Made by a program: the position numbers and the translations under genes. Shown here one piece after another: positions 9,675 through 21,531 of a stretch of DNA of 64,000 nucleotides (positions are counted from its first letter, which is position 1; each line of letters starts with the position of its first letter). The notes below the pieces were generated by a model. It was not told the DNA's origin. It did no database searches and saw nothing but the letters and a program-made list of their open reading frames with translations. The stretch is from an uncultured Methanoregulaceae archaeon (lineage in GTDB: Archaea; Halobacteriota; Methanomicrobia; Methanomicrobiales; Methanospirillaceae): NCBI GenBank assembly GCA_963701095.1, contig OY969564.1, positions 288,001-352,000 on the forward strand, written 5' to 3'.

Positions 9675-11315
9675 CTACAACTTCTTTATTTTACGCACAC
9701 GGACTGCCACGCCACGTTTCGACCCTTTCATTTCAGCGGCAGACATCGCCGCTTTACCGGTGGCATACGCCTTTGCTCCCATGACCAGGACTTCGTCACC
9801 CTCCCGGATAGCAGGATCAGCATTCTCAATACCTGGAGCAAGCACATCCCCTTCCGGTATGAAATCGCTGATAGTTACCCGGTACCCCTCCGGGATAAGG
9901 TTCCATCCATCAAAAGTAGGCCTGAGAAGACCAGAACCTGTATCGATAGAGAATACCTGCTGGTTGTTCTTTGTATAGAACAACTCCGGGAAATGGCCTC
10001 GCAAGAGCATACCTTTTGTGTCCACCTCGCAGCCGAACTGGTACGAGAGCATCCCGTGAAGCCGGTCGTCTTTTACCCGGCGTTCTCGGTCAAGTGCCTG
10101 ACTGAGCCGGGCAAGGGCTGCATCGCCCGACGGGTTTTCCCGGCTTGAATATTCAAGCGTGATACCGCATCTTTCTGCAGCCATTTCTGCAACTTTCAGT
10201 GCCCCTCCTTCTAGGTGGGCGATCACCCGATCATATTTATGGACCGAAAAGTAACGCGATACAACATCCGAGATGTACGCACACTCCTCAGCATCCCAGT
10301 ACCCGGTGACCGGGACATCATAATGCATTGCCGGGTATACGCATTCGAGTTCCCGGGGAACGAGACCAAGAGGCGAGGTAATAATCAGCTCATGGGCTCT
10401 TCCGGCGATAGCCATCTGGAACCGACGGTGACTTTGCGAAAGCGAATACGGTTTTTTTGCCGAACAGGGAAGAAGTACAGCGACAGTAGCGTTTGGTGGC
10501 CGGTACCGGGCAAGAAGCCGTTCTGCAAATCTGCGAACCTCAACCCGTTGCATGGATTCTGCGGAATTTACCCGCATCACACCACTCCGAGCCACCGCTG
10601 TGTGTGGTTCAAGCCATTCATAATCGGTATCAAGATGGCGCATAATAGAGACATGGTTTGCGTTCATCCTGCACCGGGATTCGACCAGTTCCCGGAGTTT
10701 TGACTGGCCTATAAAATACCGGACAAGCCCGGCTTCATGATTCAACGCCAGCCGGTTATGCAGTTTCAGGTCCCCGTTCCGGCACCCCTCGCAACCGCAG
10801 ATACCACCCTTTTGTGCATCTGCCGGGAACTCTCCTTCGGGAGTGCAGAACACGTCTTGGGTGGATTTAAGATCTACGCCGGTATAGTCAAAGATACTAA
10901 ACCCTGAATAACACAGGATATGGACCGTTGAAGGAAGCGCTGCGGCAGGAGCATACCACAGCGTATCGGGTGGGGTGATATTTTTGAGCATCTTGAGCCA
11001 GGTAACGTACTTGCGGGGATTTGTAAATGCTGTATGCCAATTGGCTGCCATCACCACATCCCCGTTTACCGCGGCGTTTTCTAGCGCCGGATGGACAATT
11101 ACCGGTTGGCCGACCCCAGCAGGAACATACGCCTTTGTAAACTCCGGCGGGGCAGCAAGCGGGACATTCGTGCAACCCCTTACAGCAAGTGTGGGAAAGA
11201 GTGCTTCGGTGTCAAACACAGCCGGGAAGGGCATATGTTGGTCTGGCAGTTCATCACCGGTTATAGCGCCGGCCCGCGCAAGACCATCCCGCTTTTTAAT
11301 ATCAAACCGGATCAC
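9675..11315 (-). CDS. arcS: Archaeosine synthase subunit (ArcS/TgtA2) with C-terminal PUA domain
   Basis: [40 protein letters not shown] domain; overlaps tgtA. Confidence 0.9.
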   Translation of the reverse strand: MIRFDIKKRDGLARAGAITGDELPDQHMPFPAVFDTEALFPTLAVRGCTNVPLAAPPEFTKAYVPAGVGQPVIVHPALENAAVNGDVVMAANWHTAFTNPRKYVTWLKMLKNITPPDTLWYAPAAALPSTVHILCYSGFSIFDYTGVDLKSTQDVFCTPEGEFPADAQKGGICGCEGCRNGDLKLHNRLALNHEAGLVRYFIGQSKLRELVESRCRMNANHVSIMRHLDTDYEWLEPHTAVARSGVMRVNSAESMQRVEVRRFAERLLARYRPPNATVAVLLPCSAKKPYSLSQSHRRFQMAIAGRAHELIITSPLGLVPRELECVYPAMHYDVPVTGYWDAEECAYISDVVSRYFSVHKYDRVIAHLEGGALKVAEMAAERCGITLEYSSRENPSGDAALARLSQALDRERRVKDDRLHGMLSYQFGCEVDTKGMLLRGHFPELFYTKNNQQVFSIDTGSGLLRPTFDGWNLIPEGYRVTISDFIPEGDVLAPGIENADPAIREGDEVLVMGAKAYATGKAAMSAAEMKGSKRGVAVRVRKIKKL

Positions 11316-12760
11316 TCAATCAGCTCCGCAGTATTGCCGACTTCTTCCCAGAAGATTTTGTTCCAGCTGCCAAGCCCGGTGACCATTATCTTACTTTCCT
11401 TATGGCTCTCTGCGAGCATCCGGATCCCCCGGCATCCCTGTCTGATCATCGCTACATTCCAAGGAGGAATTTCGGATGGGCCGATGGGGAAGGTTTCTTT
11501 TAACTCAACGGGATATGGTCCGAAGGGCGGTTTGAAAAAAAGCACATCGTCATACCCCTCGCGATGCCGGGCATCGCAGACAACCAAGACATTTTCTCCG
11601 AGCCGCAACCGGGCCAACTGGTGCTGGTACCGTAATACCTCAGTACGAGCACAACTTTCTTCACCCCGGTAGAAGAACCGTCGTTTGGAGGCCCGGTCAA
11701 AAGCCTCAAGTTCAGCGTTGGATCCTAATAGCTCCCAGTAGGCAGAGAGGAGTTGCGGGTGATTCCGGCAACGGTCGTCTACCAGCTCCCACAGTGTTCC
11801 ATCAGTAATTGCCTGCCGTATCCGTGCGATCTCTGCAAGAGTCACAGCAAGATTGTGGAGCGCGAGGAGCCGAGTACGGTCATGTGCGGATTTTAATTCC
11901 TCGGCTGTACGGTTGCGGCAGACCGTACAGGCACAGGGAAGATCGGTCAATTCGTCTACCTTAAAACTTCCATGCGAGGTGAGGTACCTGCCATCTTTTG
12001 CATACAGTGCATACGCCGCCGAATCAAAAAGATCACAGCCCATTGCAGCGGCAAGGGCAAACATTGACGGGTGACCGGCACCAAAAAGATGAACGCATGA
12101 AGACCGGGGGATGGTCCGTTTTGCGGCAATTACGACTTCGACGAGCTCCCGGTACCGGTAGGCTTCCATGAGCGGTACAACGGCACCGATGGGACAGAAC
12201 GAGAAACCAAGATCACCTACTTCTTTTCCTGCTTTTTCACGGAGGTCCGGGAAGATGCCTCCCTGTACCGGTCCGGCGAGTGGGGCATCGTTGCCGAAGA
12301 GTTCTTTTGCCTCACGGAGGCGCTCTACGGTGATGGCAAGCTCCCGTTCAGCCGTCAAGCGATCAGCATCCGGTGAAGTCGGAATATCAAGAGGCACCCA
12401 GATATCGCTGCCAATATCTCTCTGGTAAGACAGGGTCTGCTCGTTTGTTATGGAAACTTCGCCGTAGACCGAAAGCTGGAATGATCCTGAATCGGTCATA
12501 ATTAAACCGTCAAAGTCAAGCAGCCGGTGGAGCCCTTCCTGCCTGACCTGCTCACTGTACTGCCCGCTCTGGGAAAAAATGTAGGCATTGGTGATCAGTG
12601 CTTCAACGCCCATAGCCCTGAGTTCTTTCGGGGTTACGAGCATAAGATGGGGGTTGATAACCGGAAGCAGCGCCGGTGTTTTTATGACCTTTTTCCCGGC
12701 ACCTAGTTTTCCGGTTCTTCCTGCAATATCATTATCCAGATTCTCGAATGTTATCGCCAT
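11312..12760 (-). CDS. tgtA: Archaeal tRNA-guanine(15) transglycosylase
   Basis: [40 protein letters not shown] zinc site. Confidence 0.96.
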   Translation of the reverse strand: MAITFENLDNDIAGRTGKLGAGKKVIKTPALLPVINPHLMLVTPKELRAMGVEALITNAYIFSQSGQYSEQVRQEGLHRLLDFDGLIMTDSGSFQLSVYGEVSITNEQTLSYQRDIGSDIWVPLDIPTSPDADRLTAERELAITVERLREAKELFGNDAPLAGPVQGGIFPDLREKAGKEVGDLGFSFCPIGAVVPLMEAYRYRELVEVVIAAKRTIPRSSCVHLFGAGHPSMFALAAAMGCDLFDSAAYALYAKDGRYLTSHGSFKVDELTDLPCACTVCRNRTAEELKSAHDRTRLLALHNLAVTLAEIARIRQAITDGTLWELVDDRCRNHPQLLSAYWELLGSNAELEAFDRASKRRFFYRGEESCARTEVLRYQHQLARLRLGENVLVVCDARHREGYDDVLFFKPPFGPYPVELKETFPIGPSEIPPWNVAMIRQGCRGIRMLAESHKESKIMVTGLGSWNKIFWEEVGNTAELIE

Positions 12761-12807
12761 GTCCCGGCCAATACTCCTTTCCCTAGATGATTGGCAGTCT
12801 CTTCACG

Positions 12808-13383
12808 TTAAACCGATCCCCCAAATGAGCCGCAAAAGATCTGGCCTTCAAATATAAGGATCTCCACGTCTTTTCGTTTCCAGCAGGAACAGGGTAGTCC
12901 GGCCTTTTCACAGGTGTGGTCCAGGAATGTCTTTGCGTCCCAGTTATACTCAGGCGCCACCTGGGGAAGCAAAAGGCCACTTGTGCCTAAACCACGGGCA
13001 ATAAGACCATGGCGTCCTACTTCAATATGTTTGGGACGTTCATCCGGGTCGCATGCCAGGGGAACAGGAACGGTAAGGACGGTGACTTCAAAATCGAGGT
13101 TTATGAGTTCCTCTTTTTTTACTCCGGGAAAACGGGGATCTTCAAGAGCTGCTGCAACCGCGGCATCTTCGATAGCATTTCCCAGCGGCATAACCGGGTA
13201 AGGAAAGCCGATACATCCCCGGAGCTGGCCGTTTTTAGTCAGGGTTACAAAAACCCCGCGTTTTTCGTCAAAGACCGGAGTCAGGTGAACCATTGGCTTT
13301 GGTTTTTTAGTAATAGTATACTCTATTGCCCCACGGGCAAGCCGGACGGCTAGTATTCCCTCTTCTGGCGTTAGGAGCTGCAT
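12808..13383 (-). CDS. AMMECR1 family protein (TIGR00296)
   Basis: GVFVTL..LRGCIG, DPRF, GLLLPQVA, CEKAGL. Confidence 0.92.
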   Translation of the reverse strand: MQLLTPEEGILAVRLARGAIEYTITKKPKPMVHLTPVFDEKRGVFVTLTKNGQLRGCIGFPYPVMPLGNAIEDAAVAAALEDPRFPGVKKEELINLDFEVTVLTVPVPLACDPDERPKHIEVGRHGLIARGLGTSGLLLPQVAPEYNWDAKTFLDHTCEKAGLPCSCWKRKDVEILIFEGQIFCGSFGGSV

Positions 13384-13510
13384 GACAGGTACCTCTTTTG
13401 TGACACTTTCTGCAAAGGTCGTTTATGTAGTTATGCCTTTCATGGTTGCTCAACAGGCCTATGTCCGTCCATCGGTTCCATTATTAAGGATCGTCTGCGC
13501 ATATGTTGTC

Positions 13511-13862
13511 GTGAGAGGGAGAGAGCGGCTGACGGTGGCCTCTGAATGGCCGCTGAGGAAAGTCCCCCCACCCACCGGGCACGCAGCCATACGCAAGTAT
13601 GGGTGGCGAGAGTCACGGCAATGGCACAGAAACGACACGGCCTGTTCCCAGTTATGATGCGGCTGAGCCCGCAAGGGCGAGAAGTGCGGATCTTTTCCGC
13701 ATGAGTAACCCGCTGAGCGTTTTTACGGAACAGGATACGATGAAACGGCGAATCCCTGCGGGTGCAAGCCAGAACAGGGTATTGGATCGCTCGGTATCCG
13801 CCCGGGTTTGGCGCAGAGCTGAATGCCGCATGAACAGAAGGAGGCTTACTCCTCCCACTCAC
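13511..13862 (+). ncRNA. rnpB: RNase P RNA (archaeal)
   Basis: GAGGAAAGTCC at ~13555, ACAGAAA, GAAACGG, GTGCAAG, AACAGAAGGAGGCTTA near the 3' end; ends partly complementary; boundaries approximate. Confidence 0.92.
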
Positions 13863-14000
13863 ATTCTTGTTTTGGGGATTTGGTTACATACACATCTTTG
13901 CATAAATATGACGTCTGTACTACAGATAAAGCAGGGAATGTATGGCTGGATTTAAACCAAAATCGACAATACCTTAATTTTTCAAAGAAAATATGCTGTT

Positions 14001-14993
14001 ATGCAGTTAAAACCTCAGAAAATCGCTGCGATTCTCCTGTTTCTGGTAATTGGTATTCTAATACTGATATCATCTGTTTCAGATGCGGAATCCGGACCGT
14101 CTCTTCTGCCAGCATTAAACTCTTCTCCATCAGAAATGCGGGTTGCGGTCTTTGTCAACTCTATCTATAACCTCAATATGGTCCAGGGAACCTACTCTAT
14201 AGATTGTTACCTCACTTTCCGGTGGACCGATCCCAGCATCGAGACCGCCGACTTCGAGTTAATGAATGGTGCACCTTCTTCCAGCCCGGATTCAGTAGAG
14301 AAAATATATGAAAACAAATCCGGTCCGGTAAAAGAGGAATGGTATCGGGTCAGGGCTGATTTCAGGATCACCCCCAATAATGTTGATTACCCCTACGAAT
14401 CCGGGATCCTGCCTATCGAGATCGAAAACACTCATCTAAAAAGTTCGCAACTCATCTTCGTTCCACTTACTGATGAAAGTGGAATAGAACCCGGGTTTGT
14501 CATCCCCGGATGGAAGTTTGGTACTCCAACATTCTCTCTCACCAGGCATTCGTATCCCGGGAACCAGTCTTTTTCTCTGCTCTCGTACAATATCCCGATA
14601 ACAAATGATGCATTGGCTTCGCTTCTCCAGACTGTCGTCCCTCCCCTCATCTTCTGTATCATAGCTAGTCTCTCATTCCTGATCTTGGTAAAAGAACCTG
14701 TTCTGGTCAGCCTGAGGTATACACTTTCAACAACCATGTTTATCTCAGCTGTGATGTACCATTTCGGACAGCTCGCCCTAATCCCGGGTCTCGGGGTTCT
14801 CAAGCTGTTTGACAAATTCATGATAGCCGTGTACCTTTTCCTAGCCCTGACTCTCGCCATTACTACCTTCTGTTATCTCGCCGAGCATCAATGGCATAGA
14901 CCCGAACTGGTGAAACCTATCAACCGTTATGGCGTGGTGGTGTCCATCATCTTTCCCATCATTTCATTCTGGCTTCTTTTTGTTCTGGTGTAA
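14001..14993 (+). CDS. Pentameric ligand-gated ion channel homologue (GLIC/ELIC-like)
   Basis: N-terminal signal/TM, YLTFRWTDP, Pro-loop DYPYE, GW motif, four C-terminal hydrophobic helices. Confidence 0.7.
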   Translation: MQLKPQKIAAILLFLVIGILILISSVSDAESGPSLLPALNSSPSEMRVAVFVNSIYNLNMVQGTYSIDCYLTFRWTDPSIETADFELMNGAPSSSPDSVEKIYENKSGPVKEEWYRVRADFRITPNNVDYPYESGILPIEIENTHLKSSQLIFVPLTDESGIEPGFVIPGWKFGTPTFSLTRHSYPGNQSFSLLSYNIPITNDALASLLQTVVPPLIFCIIASLSFLILVKEPVLVSLRYTLSTTMFISAVMYHFGQLALIPGLGVLKLFDKFMIAVYLFLALTLAITTFCYLAEHQWHRPELVKPINRYGVVVSIIFPIISFWLLFVLV

Positions 14994-15221
14994 AATCCAT
15001 TTTAGATCCTGAAGAAAACTGAAATATGAAAGGGATGAACTGGCAGGGAAAATCTCCGCTATCAAACAGGACGTGATGATCATGAGATTGCGGAAATCTA
15101 CGAAACAGAAGTCTGGATCCTAATAAAATTCAACACTGGATTCTTAATTGCAGATGCTTGGCAAATAAATATTTATGAATAATTAATATGTTTCATTCGG
15201 AATCTGAAAAAGATGATCTGA

Positions 15222-15845
15222 ATGAGCACCATCCTCTTGATTGATGATAATATCTATGTCGTTGAAGTTTTTTTAGAGATGCTTCGCCAAGGTGGGTACT
15301 CGGCCTCGGCTGCTTATGGCGGTGAAGAATGCCTGAAGATCCTGAAGAATGAAGTGCCGGATCTCATTCTGCTCGATATTATGATGGAGCCGATGGATGG
15401 ATGGGAGACACTGGAAAAGATCAAAGGGGAAATAACTACGGCTCAAATTCCGGTAATTATGCTTACATCAAAACATGTGACACCAGCTGAAATGGAGAAG
15501 TATGGTAAATACATCGAAGATTACGTCCTTAAACCCGTCACCAACATTCAGCTTTGCAATGTGATTGAGCATGTGTTCCAACGTCAACAATCTATCCAGA
15601 CCTCAGTAGATCGGGCCATGCGACGTGGAGTTCATTTTGGTGTTGCCAAAGAATACGCCATTCTTTCAAGAAGTATCGATATCAACAAGCGATTCTTGAA
15701 TATTTTCAAAACCAGATATATTCTCGATAACTCAAATATAGATACCATTGATAGTATTGGCCGGACTTTGGAAAAATTGGACGCCACTCTCAGGTTTCAG
15801 AAGACCCGCCTCCAGCAGATCGAAGAAGAAATTAAGGTAACATAA
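15222..15845 (+). CDS. Response regulator (REC + helical C-terminal domain)
   Basis: ILLIDD, PDLILLDIMMEPMDG, MLTSK, YVLKP. Confidence 0.9.
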   Translation: MSTILLIDDNIYVVEVFLEMLRQGGYSASAAYGGEECLKILKNEVPDLILLDIMMEPMDGWETLEKIKGEITTAQIPVIMLTSKHVTPAEMEKYGKYIEDYVLKPVTNIQLCNVIEHVFQRQQSIQTSVDRAMRRGVHFGVAKEYAILSRSIDINKRFLNIFKTRYILDNSNIDTIDSIGRTLEKLDATLRFQKTRLQQIEEEIKVT

Positions 15846-15947
15846 CTGGGTTATTGGGAAAAATTCCTTGAAACTATAAGGTCTCTCTTACCCATCTGTC
15901 TTCACCATAACTGACGTCACATTCTCTCTTTCCTTTTCCCGCATCTC

Positions 15948-16626
15948 TCAATAAAGTGCAGAGAACAGAAACATTGCGCAAATCAGATACAGAATATACA
16001 GAATAACCGGAATTCCTACACAAAATGCTGCATTCCGCAAAGTTAATTGACGTGCGTATTTCATGCCGCAAATCCAGCAGACCATGCTCCAAAGAAGAAA
16101 AACAATAGTGACTACCATAGAGATCCGGTAGAACTGGACCATCGCCGGATCGCTCATCAGGGCTTTTGTTGCGTTCAGTACCGGCTTGAGGATCACGGAG
16201 CATATCCTGGGTGATCTTGGGGACTATAACTTGAGGGAGGTACACTAAGGCAAATACCAGGGTAATAAACGAGCCAATGATCCGGGGAATAAATCCGTAC
16301 CCGACTATCTCAAGACTACGCGAAAATTCACCATTGCCTTTGAAAACAATGGAAATGACATAAAATATTCCGGATATAATGGCCCAGGAAACAAAGACAC
16401 CGAAAAAGGCAAAAATAACGGCAATCCCGATAATAACACTTGGTGCAAAACCGGTTGTTCCCAGCATATTTGCTGTCAGAATGCTGGTTAGATAGGCTGA
16501 CGCCGCACCGAAAATGCCGATAACAAGTATAATGAGCGCAGGAGGGACGAGATTTTCTTTCTCCGTCATCAGATTCTTGAAGAATACATTCGGGTGGAAA
16601 AGAAGATCAACGATAGGAGAAATCAT
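15948..16626 (-). CDS. Yip1-family membrane protein (frameshift near 16185)
   Basis: LLFHPNVFF..GEFSRSLEIVGYGFIP; C-terminus in ORF 15948..16196. Confidence 0.75.
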
Positions 16627-16717
16627 AGATTACCTGAACGCTTAGAACTTAAAAAATTTCGGAAGAAAGGGAAATGACAACAATAAACAAAAATGGTCTT
16701 GTCATCAAAAAATAAGA

Positions 16718-18055
16718 TTAGAGATTGACAAGGAAATAGAGTAAAATCAGGGGTATGAAGAAAACTGCCCAAATCGCCTTGTTCCAGTGATAAACATCTT
16801 TCCCATCGCACGGTTTGATGGGAAGCATCTCAAAGACTGCCTGAAGGAGATTTATTGAAAACCCAATAATACCGGCGATCGAAAAAAGTCCGCCAAGGGG
16901 AATAAGCATCAGGCAGGCGCATGCGATGATAATACTCAGCACCGGGCCCGCAAGCATAATCCGGCCCAGGTTTTGTTTTTCCAGCGGTACTTTTTCATGC
17001 ACAAGCGTAAGGGTCGGCTGGCCAAAGACACTCCCGAAAAGCCAGGATGTTAATGCCATGATGATGGTACCCATGCCATAGAACTGGATCTCAGTCGTGC
17101 TCTGGTATTTCCGGTTCATGTACCAGTGTGCCATTTCGTGGGTCATCAGGGCAATACCGCCCATCACGATATAGATAACAATAGCAACAAGGTTCAGGGG
17201 CAGGCGGGCAGCAAAATAAAAGAGGGCTCCTATGACTGTGGCACCAATTGCTATAACGATAAGCTCTCTGTGGGTAAACCCGAGTAGCAACTTACGATCA
17301 TAATTCTCTGAAAACGTCCGCTTTTCTTTCTGTTTGTCTGCAATCCTTCCCTGCGCCACCTGTCCCAAAGAATTTCCGAGAAACACCATCAGCTTCGCTA
17401 ACCATGCAGAAATGACAGTACCAAATGTAGTCATACCAAGAGCTGTCACAGCAATACCAATCGCTGCGGCAGCAACCGGTGCCACTTCATCAGGAATAAT
17501 GCCGGACAGGGGAAGCGCTGCCTTTCTGCAGGTCTGGTTTGGGGGAGGCAGGGAAGAGACTGCTGTTTTTTTGAGGGTATGAGTGACGCTTTGGATAGTG
17601 GTGGTTCGATCCTGTTCAACACTGTAACCGTCTGGAAAAACAATGGTGGCATTGACCATCATGTTCAAGGGATACTGGTATCCCCCGGGAAGGACAGCCT
17701 TTCCCGCATACTTGTTGAGGTTAATAGTGGTTGTTGTAAATGACTTTTTGTCTATCAGAGCAAAATGGGGCATGAGCAGTTCAGCTGCGCCTGGCTCCAC
17801 GCATACGACCTGAATATTATTATTTGAGACATTGATTCCATTCCGGTTCTGCAGGTTTGTGATAAAAGGAGAACTGGCGATAATGAGCCCTTTTGCCCCT
17901 AGGTATTCGGCAGGGTTTACATGATACGTCACGTCCATCACGGCGTTACCCTGTTGATCAACCGTGATATAAAATTGGTTAAGCTCGAGCGCACTGGCAG
18001 CAGATATGATCAGTAAACAGGACAAAACCCATGCCAAAAGGTAACGACAATCCAT
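16718..18055 (-). CDS. Membrane protein with extracellular domain and C-terminal M50/site-2-like metalloprotease domain
   Basis: Signal peptide, HEMAH, AGP, NLLQAVFEMLPIKPCDG. Confidence 0.7.
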   Translation of the reverse strand: MDCRYLLAWVLSCLLIISAASALELNQFYITVDQQGNAVMDVTYHVNPAEYLGAKGLIIASSPFITNLQNRNGINVSNNNIQVVCVEPGAAELLMPHFALIDKKSFTTTTINLNKYAGKAVLPGGYQYPLNMMVNATIVFPDGYSVEQDRTTTIQSVTHTLKKTAVSSLPPPNQTCRKAALPLSGIIPDEVAPVAAAAIGIAVTALGMTTFGTVISAWLAKLMVFLGNSLGQVAQGRIADKQKEKRTFSENYDRKLLLGFTHRELIVIAIGATVIGALFYFAARLPLNLVAIVIYIVMGGIALMTHEMAHWYMNRKYQSTTEIQFYGMGTIIMALTSWLFGSVFGQPTLTLVHEKVPLEKQNLGRIMLAGPVLSIIIACACLMLIPLGGLFSIAGIIGFSINLLQAVFEMLPIKPCDGKDVYHWNKAIWAVFFIPLILLYFLVNL

Positions 18056-18158
18056 GTATGGGGGTTTTATTGTGACACAATTTTAATTTTATTAAATTAT
18101 ATTTCGGTTGTTGAGATCAGTACAACGATAACATTGACATAAAAGAATGGCTGGCATT

Positions 18159-19224
18159 TTACGTATCATCTGAGATGTTCGGTTGAACGGTGATTTCCCG
18201 AAACAAATGATCAAGTCTTAAAAGTACATTGATCCAGGAAAGCTCATCACTAAATTCAAAGAGCGTAGCCACCATCAGGGTGAAGGGAACCGAGAACAGC
18301 ATCCCGGCAAAGCCGAGCAACCAACCCCAGAATATAACCGAAAGGATAATCACCAATGCCGGTATCTCAAACCGTCGAGCGGCGAGATATGAAAAGACCG
18401 GGTTTTCGACTATAAGGTTAAGGAAACAGACTAAGGCAATCACCGCAACAACTCCCCATATCCCAAACTGGAGCCATGCAAAGAAAATCGCCGGGATTGC
18501 CGAAAGGATGAGGCCAAAGTAAGGGATGTAACAGAGGAAAAACGTTAGAATCCCCCAGAGAAGAGCAGCGTGCACACCCATAATAGCAAGTGCTCCCCCA
18601 AAGAGAACACCGTGGAAAACGTTGGTTTCAGTACGCACAACCATGAAATCGACAACAAAACTGCTCATGCAAGAAAGTTTGCGGAGTTTTTCCGGCTGAT
18701 TGGCAAGCATCGATTTGATCCGCCCAATAATCGGCGGTGCTTCGAGCAGCATAAAACAAGTGGTTACCGCAATAAAAAAGAGATCCATTAAATCACTCCC
18801 GATATTCATCACTGAGGAAATCATGGTCTGGATGCTATCGACCAGATTAAAATTCTGGGAAAACAGATAGACTGGGATTAATACCGTGCATTGAAAAGAA
18901 TGTTGCAACGTCTGCAAGCCGGAGCGTCAGATCGTTGTGGTACTGGGGGAGGTCGATTAAAATGACTTCAAACGATGAAACGGTAAGGTACAGGACAAAG
19001 ACGATAATGATTATTGCTGCAAGTGTTACAACACCGACTGCTACCGGAACGGACAGCCCTTTTTTGCACAGCCATTGTGTTGCAGGATAAAGAAGCAGGG
19101 AAAGAACAAGGGAGACAAGGATGATGGTTATAACCGGCGCTGTCATTCTGACGCCGAATATAATTATAGTAATAAGTGCAAGCCAGAGCAGAATGCGTTC
19201 TGTTGCTGAAGTTGACAAGGTCAT
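18159..19224 (-). CDS. AI-2E family transporter (frameshifted near 18860-18915)
   Basis: LYPATQWL, YIPYFG, ENPV, FWGWLLGFAGMLFSVP; split over two overlapping ORFs. Confidence 0.8.
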
Positions 19225-19288
19225 TAATCTGCTGTTGTCGGCAAATAATACATAGATTTGCCTCGTTCACGGTTCTTGAAAAAGAGAT

Positions 19289-20695
19289 TTAAAATCCCGG
19301 TTGTTCGCTGGCTTCCCACTTTGAAAATCCGAGCCGGGCAAAAAAAGTGGCCGGTACAAAAAGGATTACAGCACCAAGAGCAGTAAAGGGGGACGCGAAC
19401 GCCACAGCCGAAAGGGTGAGGAGTACTATCCCGATAAGGATAAGGTAGGTCACCATTACCTTTACGTTGTACACAAGAACACTGGGAGAAAGACCGGTAA
19501 GCCATATTGTAACCCCGAGACAATAGAACGATACCGAGAGACAGATCACGACCGCAGGGACAAGGTAGATTACCTGTCCGGAGAACGTGGCAACAATGGC
19601 GACAAAAACAGCGGGGATCAACTGGAGGACCGAGAAACTCGCTATTTTGCTTTTTATGAGCGTACGGACACTCACCGGAAGGCAGGCATAGGCACTGAAC
19701 GTATCAAACATGGTAAGCCAGGTGTACATCGTAGATGCGATCACTCCCGTTACCAGTGCAAATTCGAGTAACACGCCATTCGAAGGGAGGTATCCGTTAA
19801 GAAGGGAGAGGAAAAACCAGATTACCACAAGCGGGATGATAAAAGAAAAGAGTGTCTGTCCCACCATGCCACCACTCCTGTACATATCAATCAGATCCTT
19901 TGCAGCGAGAGGCGGCGTGGGAAAAAATGATAGTTTTTTTGTCAATGGTGTCAGCATGTCGGAGTAACGTTTTGTTGCTCCCGATGTTTCCGGGGTAAAA
20001 AGCCAGATCGAAACCGTGAAGAGGAGAACAATTGCCACGCAGGAAAATGCAAGATTCAGCCACGAAAATGCATTAAAGAGTAACAGAGGGGGGAAGAACA
20101 TTGCGGGGTTCTGACCGGTCAAGAATGCCAGAACGCCAGCGGCAATTACGAGAATGCCAAGGATGCCGGCAAGCGCAGTCTTTGAGCGGGAATAAACTGA
20201 TGAGAGGAAAAAAACGGCGCAGAGCCCGAGAAGGAAAGAAAGTGTCAGCGTAAGAGAGAGGAGGAGCGGCAGGGTGATTGGTACACCGATGAAAGGTGAG
20301 GCAACGAGAAAACCTAACGCCAGGGGAAGCACCCAGAGCGCAAAATAGTAAAGTGTGTCTTTGATGACAAAGTTTGCGAAGATAAAACGTCCAGAGAGCG
20401 GCAGGCTACGGGCAGCATAGGCAAGCAAGCTTGCCTGTCCGAACCGGCGGTTCATTACCTCGGATCCGAGAAGCCCGAATGCCCCGACCATAAACCCGAG
20501 CATGAGGTAATTTGCATGGAGGACAAGGGAAAGCTCCCCGGAAGGGAGACTTTTTCGCATCAGCGGGAGAAGGAACGAACCCATGAAGGCTATCCAGAAG
20601 ATAAGGATAGGAAAAAGCGCAAAGGAGAGACTCCCAAACATCGTCGAATGGACCCTCCACTCCTCTTTTACCATCGCAATGAAGAGTTCAAACAT
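19289..20695 (-). CDS. ABC transporter permease (polytopic membrane protein)
   Basis: Many TM helices, MVKEEWR motif, overlaps the ABC ATPase gene. Confidence 0.75.
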   Translation of the reverse strand: MFELFIAMVKEEWRVHSTMFGSLSFALFPILIFWIAFMGSFLLPLMRKSLPSGELSLVLHANYLMLGFMVGAFGLLGSEVMNRRFGQASLLAYAARSLPLSGRFIFANFVIKDTLYYFALWVLPLALGFLVASPFIGVPITLPLLLSLTLTLSFLLGLCAVFFLSSVYSRSKTALAGILGILVIAAGVLAFLTGQNPAMFFPPLLLFNAFSWLNLAFSCVAIVLLFTVSIWLFTPETSGATKRYSDMLTPLTKKLSFFPTPPLAAKDLIDMYRSGGMVGQTLFSFIIPLVVIWFFLSLLNGYLPSNGVLLEFALVTGVIASTMYTWLTMFDTFSAYACLPVSVRTLIKSKIASFSVLQLIPAVFVAIVATFSGQVIYLVPAVVICLSVSFYCLGVTIWLTGLSPSVLVYNVKVMVTYLILIGIVLLTLSAVAFASPFTALGAVILFVPATFFARLGFSKWEASEQPGF

Positions 20696-21415
20696 TCCGG
20701 CTCCTTTGGACAAGGTCAAGGAAGAAATCGTCTAGGTGACAGTTTTCTGCGGTAAGTTCAGTAACTTTCCCAGAATGGAGGACATTTCCTTTGTGGAGGA
20801 TTGCAAAATCCGAACAGATCTCTTCCGCCACCTCAAGGATATGGGTTGAAAGGAAGATCGTATTGCCGGCTTTTACATAGTTCGTGAGATAGTCTTTGAC
20901 CACATGCTGCATGATGGGATCGAAATTGATAAGCGGTTCATCAATAAGAGCGAGCGCCGGTGCATGGATGAACGCCTGGGCAAACATAAGTTTTTGCCGG
21001 GTCCCCCGGGAAGATCTTTGCAGAGGACGTCTTTTTTATCCTTAAAATCAAGAAAATCAAACCACCACGTTGCCCGCTCACTTATATCAGGGATCTTCCG
21101 GATTGCACCCACAAACTGCAGGTACTCGGTCGCGGTGAGAAAACTCGGGGGTGTCTCCTGCTCTGGGATGATCCCGACGCGTTCCCGGACCCCGATAGGG
21201 TTTTGCTGCACATCAATACCAAGGACGGTTGCTCTTCCAGTGTTTGGCCGGATCTGGCCGGTCAGCATCTTGATCATAGTTGATTTACCGGAGCCGTTCG
21301 GGCCCAGAAGGCCAAAAAGCGCCCCTTTCTGGACCGTGAGATTGATATGGTTGACGGCAGTCAGGTCACCGTATATTTTTGTCAGGTCTTGAGCGGAAAT
21401 CACGTGTTCGGTCAT
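20688..21415 (-). CDS. ABC transporter ATP-binding protein (frameshift near 21005)
   Basis: GPNGSGKST Walker A; LIDEP and STH motifs in second frame. Confidence 0.9.
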
Positions 21416-21531
21416 AGTATTATATTAATTATAGTCTGAACTCCTTTTTTTCCTTGTCGCTCTCCCGCGTAGGGGGGTTTTCCGTTCCAGTTGATGCATG
21501 GCCGGAGACATCCATCGGATTTCCGGAAAAT

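Noticed and set aside
13382..14170. Several ORFs on both strands between the AMMECR1 and channel genes
   Set aside because: They overlap the RNase P RNA or its flanks and have no protein motifs.
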